Source of the DNA: Macrostomum lignano
Taxonomy: Eukaryota
Length of the DNA: 64,000 bases
Assembly: GCA_002269645.1 (NCBI GenBank)
Contig: NIVC01001007.1
Coordinates: 310,001-374,000 of the forward strand
Direction: 5' to 3'
Shown: positions 50,109 to 62,062 of the stretch, piece after piece
How the letters are laid out: each line of letters begins with the position of its first letter
Position numbering within the stretch: position 1 is the first letter of the stretch
Notes under the pieces: generated by a model
Seen by the model: the letters and a program-made list of their open reading frames with translations, nothing else
The model's database searches: none
What the model was told of the DNA's origin: nothing
Position numbers and translations under genes: made by a program

Positions 50109-53100
50109 ATGACCAGCAAAGGTCCGAAGCACCGCCAGAAGCAGCAGCAGCAACAGGACCGCGTACTCCGGGCCTCGTTCCTCATACCGGCCTATCAGAA
50201 AACTTTGCCTCAGGCATTGTTTAGCGACTTGCCAGACGATCATCGACTGCGTAAAATCGAGTCAACCTGCGGCTGCAAAATCAGCTGGGGCAAGCTGCCG
50301 GACAGGCTGGCCGAGAAGTACCGTCTGCTGCAGTTGGCATTCGATCAGCGCGAGAGGCGCGGAAACTATTTGGGCGCGTTGAACCTGCTGAGACTGTACT
50401 TTCTGGGACAGATGGCGATGATGCCGTTTCAGCAGACCCTGATTAGACCAGATGGGAAGCAGGTGAGAGAACTTTCTCGGAATTAAAAAAAATGGTAGTA
50501 TCTGAAGAAGGCTGTGGGGGGGGCACCCTAGCGCAGCGCCTTTGACTCCATTGTCCCACGCAGACATGTATTAATATTGAAATCAAGTACATTACGAGCG
50601 TATAATCTTACTTTATAAAATGTCAACAAATTGTTCCCTAAATTAATAGTCCAGAAAATACGCACACTCACACACAATCCTTCATTACAAAGACAAGCTC
50701 ATTACCGGACACTGCCAAACCTTATTGACATTCGGTCCTACCTTTCCGACACACGGTCCTACCTTACCGACACACGGTCTTACCTTACCGACACACGGTC
50801 CTACCTTTCCGACACACGGTCCTACCTTTCTGACACACGGTCTTACCTTACCGACACACGGTCCTACCTTTCCGACACACGGTCTTACCTTTCCGACACA
50901 CGGTCCTACCTTTCCGACACACGGTCCTACCTTTCCGACACATGGTCCTACCTTACCGACACACGGTCCTACCTTTCCGACACACGGTCTTACCTTACCG
51001 ACACACGGTCCTACCTTACCGACACACGGTCCTACCTTTCCGACACACGGTCCTACCTTACCGACACACGGTCCTACCTTACCGACACACGGTCCTACCT
51101 TACCGACCCATGGTCCTACCTTACACACTTACCACTTCTATCAACCCCGTCTTCTGCCGCAGGTTACGCGAAAATTCCCAACCTCGGTTGACGACTGTCG
51201 CTTGTTGATGCCGCGTCGATTCGATCGATTCGGACGCGATGCAAACGGCATTGTTGCCAATTTGGCGAAAGCTGCCGCAGCGGCGACGGCGGCGAGAGAC
51301 TCGGAGTGTCGCCAGCTGGCCGAACAAGTCATCGACAGCTGCCTGCGCTGCTTGGCGATGCAGGCGGCTTTTGTCGAATCCGAGGCGGCTGCCAACGACG
51401 AGGCCACCGCGCGACGAGCCGAAGCGGCCGGTGTCTCGGCGGCCCACCTGGTCAGCGCCGTTGACACGCTGGCACATTGCGAGATCAGCCGCGCCTGCGT
51501 CTGCGCTCTTGTTGAAGCTGGCGAAGCCACTCGGCTGTTGGCCCGTCTGCACACGTCACTGCAGCCGGCAGCGCCGCCGCCCCTTCATCAATCGTCTGTT
51601 TCGCCGTCCCGTCGCCGTATCGACTTCAACTTGTCGACGCAGACTTCAAAATCGTCTAGCACAGATGCTAAAAAGCGGCCGAGCACTAGAAAAGCCGAAG
51701 CGTCCGCTACGACCCGGTTTCGTCCTGGAAACAAGCAGCAGCTGCAGAAGCAACAGCAGCAGCAACAGCTGCAGCGTCAGAAGCAGCGAACGGTTACAGC
51801 AACAACTACAGCTCAACAGGCGAATAACCACCATAAGCCCTACGCAGACAGAGTAAAGCGCGCCCAGTGCCAGTCTCCGCCTCATCAGCCAGTTCAAGCT
51901 TCTAGTCCATACCAGAACCTGCAGCATCGCGCCCAGCTGCAGAAGCAGCAAGCTGCCCAACACCTTGAGGAATCGTGCGACACCACCCTGGCCGACGTTG
52001 AGGCCATCACCTTTGCCGAGTCCGAGTACGTCAACGCGGCCACAGCCGGGGCCAAGAAGTCTCCCAACTCCGCAGTTGCTTCAACAAAGTTGCCAACAGC
52101 CTCGAAGGCCAGTTTGCCAGAGACTCTCCTGCTGTGCGGCCTGCAGCCGAGAGCCGCCCTGGCTCTGGCCGCGTTGGACCGCTCAGACAGACGTCTGAAA
52201 GCGATGGAGCAACGCACCGGCTGTCGGTTGGAACTTCGCGAGCGTCGGTGCAGCACAATGCCAGCGACTGAAACTGACACGCCCGTTGGCGACGTCACTC
52301 ACCAAGTCAGCTATGCTCTGAAGGTGGTGCCGCTTCGATCGGACTCTAAGCCGCGCGGTTGCGCCAACATGCTTCGATCTCTGCTCCGACGCGTCGACCC
52401 GTCCGGTCGGTATTTTTTCTGCGTTGTCGGCGCCTCGGAGATGCCGATAGTGGCGGCTTCGTCAGCCAATTCCAGGAGACATCAGCAAAGTCGCACAGTG
52501 TCCAGGCAGCGATATCAGCAGTCAACTGCGACAGCGGTTCGGTCAAAATCGGCCTTCAGAACGGAACTGGAGCAGACAGGTCGTCAAGCAACTCAACAGC
52601 AGCACCAGCAGTTTCAGAGGCGTCGCTGTCAGTCGCAGCCGCCGGTTCAGTGCCAATCATCCGCAGTGATGCCGGCAGCGGTTGCCGCCTGCGCTCAAAG
52701 CCTGACGGATCGCTGCGCCACCGACTGCCTGCTTGGAATTGTGACGTCATATATGGCGGTTGTCTTCGACGAAGAGACGGCAATGACTAAAGAGTTTCAG
52801 CGCAGTCTGGAGCGCAGTCGCGATGCCGTTCTCTCGGACGCTTTGCTGTGCATATTTCAAAGTTTAACGGAAACAGAAGCCGACTCTCGTCTGATTGACG
52901 AGGCCATGGACGAAGCAAACGACGCTGATAGTTTTGACGATTGCGGCGAAGAGAACGAGGATGATCTGTGCGCGTCTACAACCGGTTCGTTTGCTTACGT
53001 CCGATTGGCGATTCAGCGAACTTTGCTGGTTTGCGTCCAAGATCGACGGCTCGAGTGCGTGATGGGTGCCGTGGCGACCAGCCTGCCGACGCACGGCAAG

Positions 53101-53910
53101 AGCTGGCAACAGCAGCAGCAGCAAGACCCGTCGATGCAGTCGTCCTACTCGACGTCAACGCAGCGAGCTCGTCGACGACTGGCTCGACTAACGCAAACCT
53201 GCTGGGAGCGGCTGTGCGTCGAGGCGATGACTACATCGAGTGGTGGAGCTTCTTCCTTGCTTGGCGCGGTTGTCTTCGAGTCGGTGTGGGAGGTCGTCGA
53301 GTCCGAATTCGACGGGGAAAGGCAGAGACGGTTCCGGCACACGCAGCAGTTCTCCAGGTGACGTGTTAATGAGGGTTCTTGTTGGTTGCTTTGTTAGCAG
53401 GGGGTCTTTAGGCGCTGAAAAAATTATGGCTGGTAAAATTGGGAGGGTCAAACCACGCCACCCTCTTGTTTTTTATCATGGCGACATTTTTCAAGCTATT
53501 GGAGAGATTTGACGATTCAAATCTACTTTGAGAGTCTAAAAATGCCAGAGCACTTGACTGTTGTGTTGATTCCTTTTAGGCCCTATCCCTCTGGCTTGTC
53601 AGCGCTGCAGAGCAGCAGTACGAAGCATTCGCGACAGTTTGATCAGCACCAGCAGGATCAGGATCTTCAATATCAGACAACGCAACCGCTCAGACGCAGA
53701 TTGATGTCGATTTCGCCGGGAACAACTGCAACAACTCGTCGGCCTCGTCGATCTTCGCTGAACATTCGCGAGCTGCAGCAGCAGCAGCGACAGAGGAATC
53801 TGGACAAGACGCTGCGTTCAATGACTGGGCGCCTCATTGCTGAGCAGGTCTGGAGGGCCTGCATGAAAGCGCAGCTGATGCAGCGGCTTCGGCTTCGCTC
53901 TTCTGCGTGA
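50109..53910 (+). CDS. Uncharacterised protein of about 959 aa with two degenerate KH-like domains; exons 50109-50462, 51163-53357, 53580-53910
   Basis: In-frame GT-AG joins total 2880 nt; RLRKIESTCGCKISW and RRLKAMEQRTGCRLEL resemble the KH alpha2-beta2 motif. Confidence 0.72.
50725..51125. repeat. 21-bp minisatellite (ACACGGTCCTACCTTACCGAC)n, intron 1 of the KH-like gene
   Basis: About 19 units; accounts for the THGPTLP prefix of ORF 50725. Confidence 0.95.
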
Positions 53911-55392
53911 CAAAGGACAACTCTTGAATCAAAGCGGATTTCCGTTTGGAGCGCAGCATTTCGGCAATAAAGTGCTGCTGTTAGTCTCTGCCTTCTGACC
54001 AAATCCCCAATAGGTTTTTTTGTGTTTATATTAGAACGAAGTATCGAGAGGGCGAGGTGTGAAGCGATTTCTTAGAAATAGTTTCTCCGTAGCTAGGTTT
54101 TTATTTAAATAGTTCTCCAAACGGTACTATTTTTAGTCTTTCAAAGTTCTTTTCAGGGCAACGCATCGGTGTTGTAGCCCCGTTAAGTCGTTTTAAGACT
54201 ATTTTGAGCTTTCTTTTTTAGAACTCTATAGCGTGGAATTTCTTGCGATTGTCATACAATAGCCCAATAGGCTACACATTTTTCTTGTTCTTACGTCTTT
54301 TTTATAAGTTGAAAGTGCATTTGAATTTTTCAGTGTTTTCTTCTGTTTTCTTACGAACAATACTATATTGAAGATTTTTTACACGGTAACAGCTTATCTA
54401 TAAGGAAAACACGCACTAGCTTGTAAGTTTTGCAAAGAAATAAATAAATAAGTATATATTTGTTTAAACAAATACTGTAGAAAATCTACAAGGGTATTTT
54501 GGTGAATATATTTCTGGTCTTCGGTTGGCCCTTATGGCATTGAATCGCACTATAGTACGATCCCCTATGGCTAATTTTCGTACACACAGGCCGCACGGAA
54601 TTAACTAAACAGGCATGAGTAACAGCTGTATGAAACTGGATGGACATTTTTATCATTAGTAAAATTAGGGCATCAGTACAGAAATTCTATACACTCTTTG
54701 CAGTACGATAATATGCATATTAAAATTCTTATTTTTTCTGAAGCAATAATAATTAATTACACCTGCCTTAATGGCCAGATGTGCAACCGACAGCTCAGCC
54801 GCAGCTATTGCGCGGCGCATCTGAAGGCTGCGCACGGCTGTTCAGTCCAAGCACTGGGGGAGTCGCCACACACATCCTCAATTACCCCAGCTAATGCTGG
54901 CACCCATTTTACAGCTGGGTGAACCGAAGCAATGCAGAGTTTTAAGTGTCTCTTGCTTAAAGACACAAATTGTTCCAGAGGGATCGGGAATCGACCCCCC
55001 CCCCCAACCCCCCCAAAAGACCAGGAAACAAATAAAATGCTTAGATATTGCATTTTTTAAAAAGGCGTAAGGCCAGACGTTTACGTTTAAATGTCTGTTT
55101 TGCACAGACCAATAGATAATGCTATATTTTTTTACTGGTCTGTGGTGCTGTGACTTAACTTGGAGTATTTGTCTGTGACCCCATGCAGAGTTTATTCATT
55201 CTGTGACTCATCCCACAGATGGGAGCAGATTTTGGTATATGGAATTCTCTCCAGACAAAAGCTATCTGCAGAGGCATAAAGAACAATGCCTACCATTATT
55301 CCTGTACAAAACAGAATAAGCTGCGTTACATAATTCCAGAATTATGTAATTGAATAATAATTGAATCATATGAATCATTTTTCCTGAGGCCT

Positions 55393-56275
55393 AGATAAAA
55401 GAGGGGAGAGAGAAGAGGAGAGGAGAGGAGAGAGGAGAGAGGAGAGGAGAAGAGAGGAGAGACGGGAGAGAGGAGAGGAAGAAGAGAGAGGAGAGGAGAA
55501 AGGAGGAGAGGGGAGGAGAGGAGAGAGGAGAGGGGAGAGGAGAGGAGAAGAGAGGAGAGGAGAGGAGAGGAGAGGAGAGAGGAGAGGAGAGAGGAGAGGG
55601 GAAAGGGGAGAAGAGGAGAGAAGAGGAGAGAAGAGAAGAGAAGAGGAGAGGAAGAAGAGAGAGGAGAGGAGAGGAGAGGAGAGGAGAGGAGAGGGGAGAG
55701 GAGAGGGGAGAGGAGAGGAGAGGAGTGGAGAGGAGAGGAGAGGAGAGAGGAGAGGGGAGAGGAGAGGAGAGGAGAGAGGAGAGGGGAGAGGAGAGGAGAA
55801 GAGAGGAGAGACGGGAGAGAGGAGAGGAAGAAGAGAGAGGAGAGGAGAGGAGAGGAGAGGAGAGGAGAGGAGAGGAGAGGAGAGGAGAGGAGAGGAGAGG
55901 GAGAGGAGAGGAGAGGAGAGGAGAGGAGAGGAGAGGAGAGGAGAGGAGAGGGAGGAGAGGAGAGAGGAGAGGGAGAGGAGAGGAGAGGAGAGGAGAAGAG
56001 AGGAGAGGAGAGGAGAGGGAGGAGAGGAGAGAGGAGAGAGGAGAGGAGAGGAGAGGAGAGGAGAGGAGAGAGGAGAGGAGAGGGGAGAGGAGAGGAGAGG
56101 AGAGGAGAGGAGAGGAGAGGAGAGGAGAGGAGAGGAGAGGAGAGGAGAGGGGAGAGGAGAGGAGAGGAGAGGAGAGGAGAGGAGAGGAGAGGAGAGGAGA
56201 GGAGAGGAGAGGAGAGGAGAGAGGAGAGGAGAGGAGAGGAGAGGAGAGGAGAGGGGAAAGGGGAGAGAGGAGAGC
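55393..56275. repeat. (GAGGA)n purine mirror repeat
   Basis: Direct observation. Confidence 0.97.
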
Positions 56276-57153
56276 TGAGAAGCGAATAAACCCTGAGCGG
56301 GCTGGATCGCGACATCTGACAGAGTGTGAAAGATTTGCTGTGACTGAGGCACAAAAAATCATCAATTATTTTCCCTGTCAAGTCAGCCCCACCTGTACAG
56401 ATTGACGACAGCTGCATAGATCGAGTGTACATTCCATTGTACATTAAGTACGACCAACACTAAAATCTTTGTATTTTTCGCAAGCTAGACAGTTTTTCTC
56501 TCTAACCTCGTCCCCCACCTCAGCAACAAATCTGCATCCCAAGGATTTGTAAAGACAGTGGATGTTGTTGCAATTCCAGCTTTTATGGATGAGAAAGAAA
56601 ATTGTAAAATATTAAGCATTATTTTATTTTTTAAATCTTAGATGTAATTGGAATCCTGTATGGCGCTGAGGGAACAACAAGTTACTGGGACGTTGAGAAG
56701 GCAGTCATGTCAAAATGCAATGCAATAGTTATACATGCATTATCACAATCCAACGCAATGCAATGTAATCAAATCACAAATCACTCAATAACTGGAGTAA
56801 ATACAAATTTCAAATTTCATCATTTCAAACCAAATAGTTTAAGAAGGTATTCGCAACCTTAACTGAAGTTTATTTAAGTACTTAAAACACTAATTTAAAG
56901 CAGAAATATATCATAGCACGATTTATTTGTTTAAATATTCTATTACAGAACTTATAGCAAATGTTTCATTGGACTTTGCACTATTGCCGCAAACATTAAC
57001 AGCGATTTATAAAATTTTCGTATAATCACACTATATTTTCAAACGTTAAAGGAAAATTTGTTTTCTTAGAAAGGTGTCATTATAACAATAAAACTTTCTA
57101 AACGATGTCTCAGCAGATGATTCGTTTTTTGCAATCGATGTTCGATGTTGCAA

Positions 57154-60011
57154 TTAGGCAGCGAACCGAGCCAAATCGGCTTTAAACTGAGCCTCACACT
57201 TGGCCAGAAGCTCGGGCCCAGTCAGGATGTCAATGCCAGTCATGGCCAGGGCCTTGGCCTGAGCCAGAGTATACGGCTGGGCCTCCGGTAGGTTAACAAA
57301 TCGTGTGAACTCCACGCTATGGTTGGGCGCGTCGCCGCCCATGTAGAACATGGGATGGATTGCCGGCACAGTGTAACTAACGTTGCCCATATCTGTTGAA
57401 CCCGACGGCAGTTCCGTGATGCCAACGTGTTCAACACCTAGAGCGGTCAGATTGGCGCTATAGGCAGCTCCGAGTGGCGCGTTGCAGATGACGCTGCTGT
57501 AGCCGCGGCTTATGTCCTCGATGCTGCATTCGCAGCCGGAGGCGACCGCGCCAGCCCGGAGGCAGGCTTCAACTCGAGCTCGGAGTACGGCCAGTTCGCG
57601 ATCGCTAGGACAGCGGACGAAATAGTCTGACGAAATTGATGTTGAAAGAAACATTGTTTCGGATCGAAGCAGATTTAAGGTGTCAACTTCTAAACAATAA
57701 CTAAAACGTAATACGTAATACGTCAAGAAAGCCATAGAATTTAAAGTGCAAGTTCAGCTTCAACCATGACAGATGGTTTCTGCATCAAGAGGCTTTAGCA
57801 CCGCTTTGGCACCAAGAGGCTTTGGCACCAAGGGCCTTTAGCACCAAGGGGCTTTAGCACCAAGGGGCTTTAGCACCAAGGGCTTTAGCACCAAGAGGCT
57901 TTAGCACCAAGAGGCTTTAGCACCAAGAGACTTTAGCACCAAGAGGCTTTAGCACCAAGGGGCTTTAGCACCAAGGGGCTTTAGCACCAAGGGGCTTTAG
58001 CACCAAGAGGCTTTAGCACCAAGAGGCTTTAGCACCAAGATACTTTAGCACCAAGAGGCTTTAGCACCAAGGGGCTTTAGCACCAAGAGGCGAGGCTTTA
58101 GCACCAAGAGGCTTTAGCACCAAGAGACTTTAGCACCAAGAGGCTTTAGCACCAAGGGGCTTTAGCACCAAGAGGCTTTAGCACCAAGAGGCTTTAGCAC
58201 CAAGGGGCTTGGGCACCAAGAGGCTTTAGCACCAAAGGGCGCCAGCACCAAGGGGCGCCAGCACCAAGGGGCGCCAGCACCAAGGGGCGCCAGCACCAAG
58301 GGGCGCCAGCACCAAGGGGCGCCAGCACCAAGGGGCGCCAGCACCAAGGGGCGCCAGCACCAAGGGGCGCCAGCACCAAGGGGCGCCAGCACCAAGGGGC
58401 GCCAGCACCAAGGGGCGCCAGCACCAAGGGGCGCCAGCACCAAGGGGCGCCAGCACCAAGGGGCGCCAGCACCAAGGGGCGCCAGCACCAAGGGGCGCCA
58501 GCACCAAGGGGCGCCAGCACCAAGGGGCGCCAGCACCAAGGGGCGCCAGCACCAAGGGGCGCCAGCACCAAGGGGCGCCAGCACCAAGGGGCGCCAGCAC
58601 CAAGGGGCGCCAGCACCAAGGGGCGCCAGCACCAAGGGGCGCCAGCACCAAGGGGCGCCAGCACCAAGGGGCGCCAGCACCAAGGGGCGCCAGCACCAAG
58701 GGGCGCCAGCACCAAGGGGCGCCAGCACCAAGGGGCGCCAGCACCAAGGGGCGCCAGCACCAAGGGGCGCCAGCACCAAGGGGCGCCAGCACCAAGGGGC
58801 GCCAGCACCAAGGGGCGCCAGCACCAAGGGGCGCCAGCACCAAGGGGCGCCAGCACCAAGGGGCGCCAGCACCAAGGGGCGCCAGCACCAAGGGGCGCCA
58901 GCACCAAGGGGCGCCAGCACCAAGGGGCGCCAGCACCAAGGGGCGCCAGCACCAAGGGGCGCCAGCACCAAGGGGCGCCAGCACCAAGGGGCGCCAGCAC
59001 CAAGGGGCGCCAGCACCAAGGGGCTTTAGGATCAAGGGGCTTTAGGATCAAGGGGCTTTAGGATCAAGGGGCTTTAGGATCAAGGGGCTTTAGGATCAAG
59101 GGGCTTTAGGATCAAGGGGCTTTAGGATCAAGGGGCTTTAGGATCAAGGGGCTTTAGCACAAGGAAACAACAGGGGGCCTTACATCATCAGTATTCAATG
59201 GTAACTGCACCATTTGACGTTCAGCAAACATTATTTTCAGCAGACAATTTAACAGAGTTACGTTGAATAACTTTTATCAAATCGACTCACCCAGCACAGC
59301 TCGCTCAGGGATGATATTGGGCCGCTGGCCGCCCTCCTTCACGATGCCGTGCACCCGCCACTCCGGCCGCATCTGCTGCCGCAAGTTCGACACGCTCTGG
59401 TAGGCCGTCACGGCCGCGTCAAGGGCGTTGAGGCCCTCCCAGGGCGAGCCGGCAGCGTGGGACGCCTTGCCGGTGTACGTTGCTCGGAGGAAAGCCACAC
59501 TGAGGTGCGGCACGTGCACTGCCGTCAGCTTGTACGGGTGCGCCATGAGGGCCACGTCAACGTCTTTGAAGAAGCCGGCCTCAATAAAGTTGATCTTTCC
59601 GCCGTAGTGCTCCTCTGCCGGCGTCCCGAGCACCGTGACCCTGCCGGCCACGCCGCCCGCCTCCATGGCCGCCTTGATGCCCAGACCGGCACCCACCGCC
59701 ACCTCGGCGATCAGGTTGTGTCCGCAGGCGTGCCCGATGCCCGGCAGAGCGTCGAACTCGCACATCACGGCGATGTGGGGCCGCCCGGCGCCAGCAGACC
59801 CGAACTCGGCCTTGAACCCGGTGTCCAGCACGAAGTGCCGCGTCACGCTGAAGCCCGACGACTCCAGCGTCTCCGTCAGCAGCTGGTGCGCCATTCGCTC
59901 CTCCAGCGCCAGCTCCGGGTTCTGCCACAGGCGGGAACTGACGCCGAGCAGCAGCTCGCGCGACTCGTCGATCTTGGCGGCCGCGACATCCTTCAGCTGC
60001 TGCGGATTCAT
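57154..60011 (-). CDS. PM20D2: Peptidase M20 domain-containing protein 2-like, copy A, 397 aa; exons 60011-59291, 57626-57154
   Basis: CEFDALPGIGHACGHNLIA, GTPAEE, MAHP, HAAGSPWEGLNALDAAV and GSTDMGNVS..P.IHP motifs; phase-1 GT-AG intron. Confidence 0.93.
57790..59160. repeat. 16-bp minisatellite (AGCACCAAGGGGCGCC)n with graded variants, intron of PM20D2 copy A
   Basis: Homogeneous core at about 58220-59010, flanked by AGCACCAAGAGGCTTT and AGGATCAAGGGGCTTT variants. Confidence 0.97.
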
Positions 60012-60419
60012 CAGAGCAGTCGCTGAAATGCGGTTGGTAGAAAACCTGAGACAATGAGACCTGTAGCGGAATAACGGACTAAAGAAACTGTATCTCGCTA
60101 CTAACAAGTAAGCAGAAATAACCTGAAAATACATATTTGAGAGCGAAAACGCCTGGAACTGGAAAAATGTTCAATTATGTATATTTAGGACTATCAAATA
60201 GTTCTATTGGAATTAGTCCACTTAATTCAAATTACGATTAAAACAGTTTTCATGAGGATATTTTCTCGATTGCTTCATGATAAAATATAAACATTGCAAT
60301 TCAGTAATTTTTTAGCAAAAAAGACTTTAATAAAGCTTTCGTACCAACTATTTTGGTTAGAAAAATTTGCACTAGGCAACGAAAAAACACATTTTCGAGT
60401 TTCCCATCACAATCAGCTC

Positions 60420-60632
60420 CAGCCACAGGTGCTCAGCTCATCCTTGAGTCTCCCATTACCCTCAGCTCATCCTTGAGTCTCCCATCATCCTCAGCTCATC
60501 CTTGAGTCTCCCATCACCCTCCGCTCTAGCCACAGATGTTCAGCTCATCCTTGAGTCTTCCATTACCCTCAGCTCTTCCTTGAGTCTCCCATCACCCTCC
60601 GCTCATCCTTGAGTCTCCCATCACCCCCGGCT
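60420..60632. repeat. 29-bp minisatellite (CCCTCAGCTCATCCTTGAGTCTCCCATCA)n directly after the copy B stop
   Basis: About 7 units. Confidence 0.9.
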
Positions 60633-60633
60633 C

Positions 60634-61915
60634 TTAGCCGTAGATGCTCAGATCCTCATGAAAAGTTTCCCAGCATCGCTGCACCAGCGCAGGCTCCGTG
60701 AGCACATCGATGCCGGTCATCGCCAGAGCCTTGGCCTGCTCCAGGACGTAACGCTGCGCCTCAGCAGCTCCGGCCAGCACCGCAAATCCCGCACTATGCG
60801 TGGCAGCGTCGCCACCGATGAAGAACATCGGATGAATGGACGGCACCTCGTAGCTCACATTGCCCATGTCGGTTGAGCCGGTGGGCTCCGGGTACAGCTG
60901 AGTGTGCTCAACACCCAGAGCTCTCAAGTTCGCACTGTAGGCGCCAGCAAGAGCGCGATTGGGAATCACATTCTTGTACTCAGGTTCCGACTCTGAGATG
61001 AGGCACTCGCATCCGGTTGCCATGGCAGCCGCATGCATGCATTGCTTCACTTTGTTGAGCAGCAGTTGCGAGTCGCCGCCAGTTGAAGCTCGGGTGCAGT
61101 ACTCTGGAAGTTGAAGCGTTTGCTGCGTCACCAAGATGCAAGAGCTTAGTTTTGCACTTTTAATCCGCACTACAGATTGCACTAATAACCTGACCTAGCA
61201 CAGCTCGCTCAGGGATGATGTTGGGCCGCTGGCCGCCCTCCTTCACGATGCCGTGCACCCGCCAGTCCGGCCGCATCTGCTGCCGCAGGTTCGACACGCT
61301 CTGGTAGGCCGTCACGGCCGCGTCAAGGGCGTTGAGGCCCTCCCAGGGCGAGCCGGCCGCGTGGGACGCCTTGCCGGTGAAGATAACCTCAATACTACTC
61401 AGACTCAAGTGAGCGCTGTGTACCGTTGTCATGCGGTCTGGATGCGCCATCAGAGCGACGTCAACGTCTTTGAAAAAACCCGCATTGATCATGTTGATCT
61501 TGCCGCCCTGTGCCTCCTCTGCCGGCGTCCCGAGCACCGTGACCCTGCCGGCCAGGCCGCCCGCCTCCATGGCCGCCTTGATGCCCAGACCGGCACCCAC
61601 CGCCACCTCGGCGATCAGGTTGTGTCCGCAGGCGTGCCCGATGCCCGGCAGAGCGTCGAACTCGCACATCACGGCGATGTGGGGCCGCCCGGCGCCAGCA
61701 GACCCGAACTCGGCCTTGAACCCGGTGTCCAGCACAAAGTGCCGCGTCACGCTGAAGCCCGACGACTCCAGCGTCTCCGTCAGCAGCTGGTGCGCCATTC
61801 GCTCCTCCAGCGCCAGCTCCGGGTTCTGCCACAGGCGAGAACTGACGCTGAGCAGCAGCTCGCGCGACTCGTCGATCTTGGCGGCAGCGACATCCTTCAG
61901 CTGCTGCGGATTCAT
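60634..61915 (-). CDS. PM20D2: Peptidase M20 domain-containing protein 2-like, copy B, 396 aa; exons 61915-61195, 61103-60634
   Basis: Same M20 motifs as copy A; 91-bp intron at the identical position and phase. Confidence 0.93.
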
Positions 61916-62062
61916 CAGAGCAGTCGCTGAAAATGCAGTCATGTAAACTAATAGTACTCGTAACTGATATTAAGCTAGGTAAACTTCAGAAGTAAAAAAA
62001 ATATTAGATCAGAAGACAAAAAAAACAAATTGAAAGTTTCATACAGGTATTAATACGAGCCC

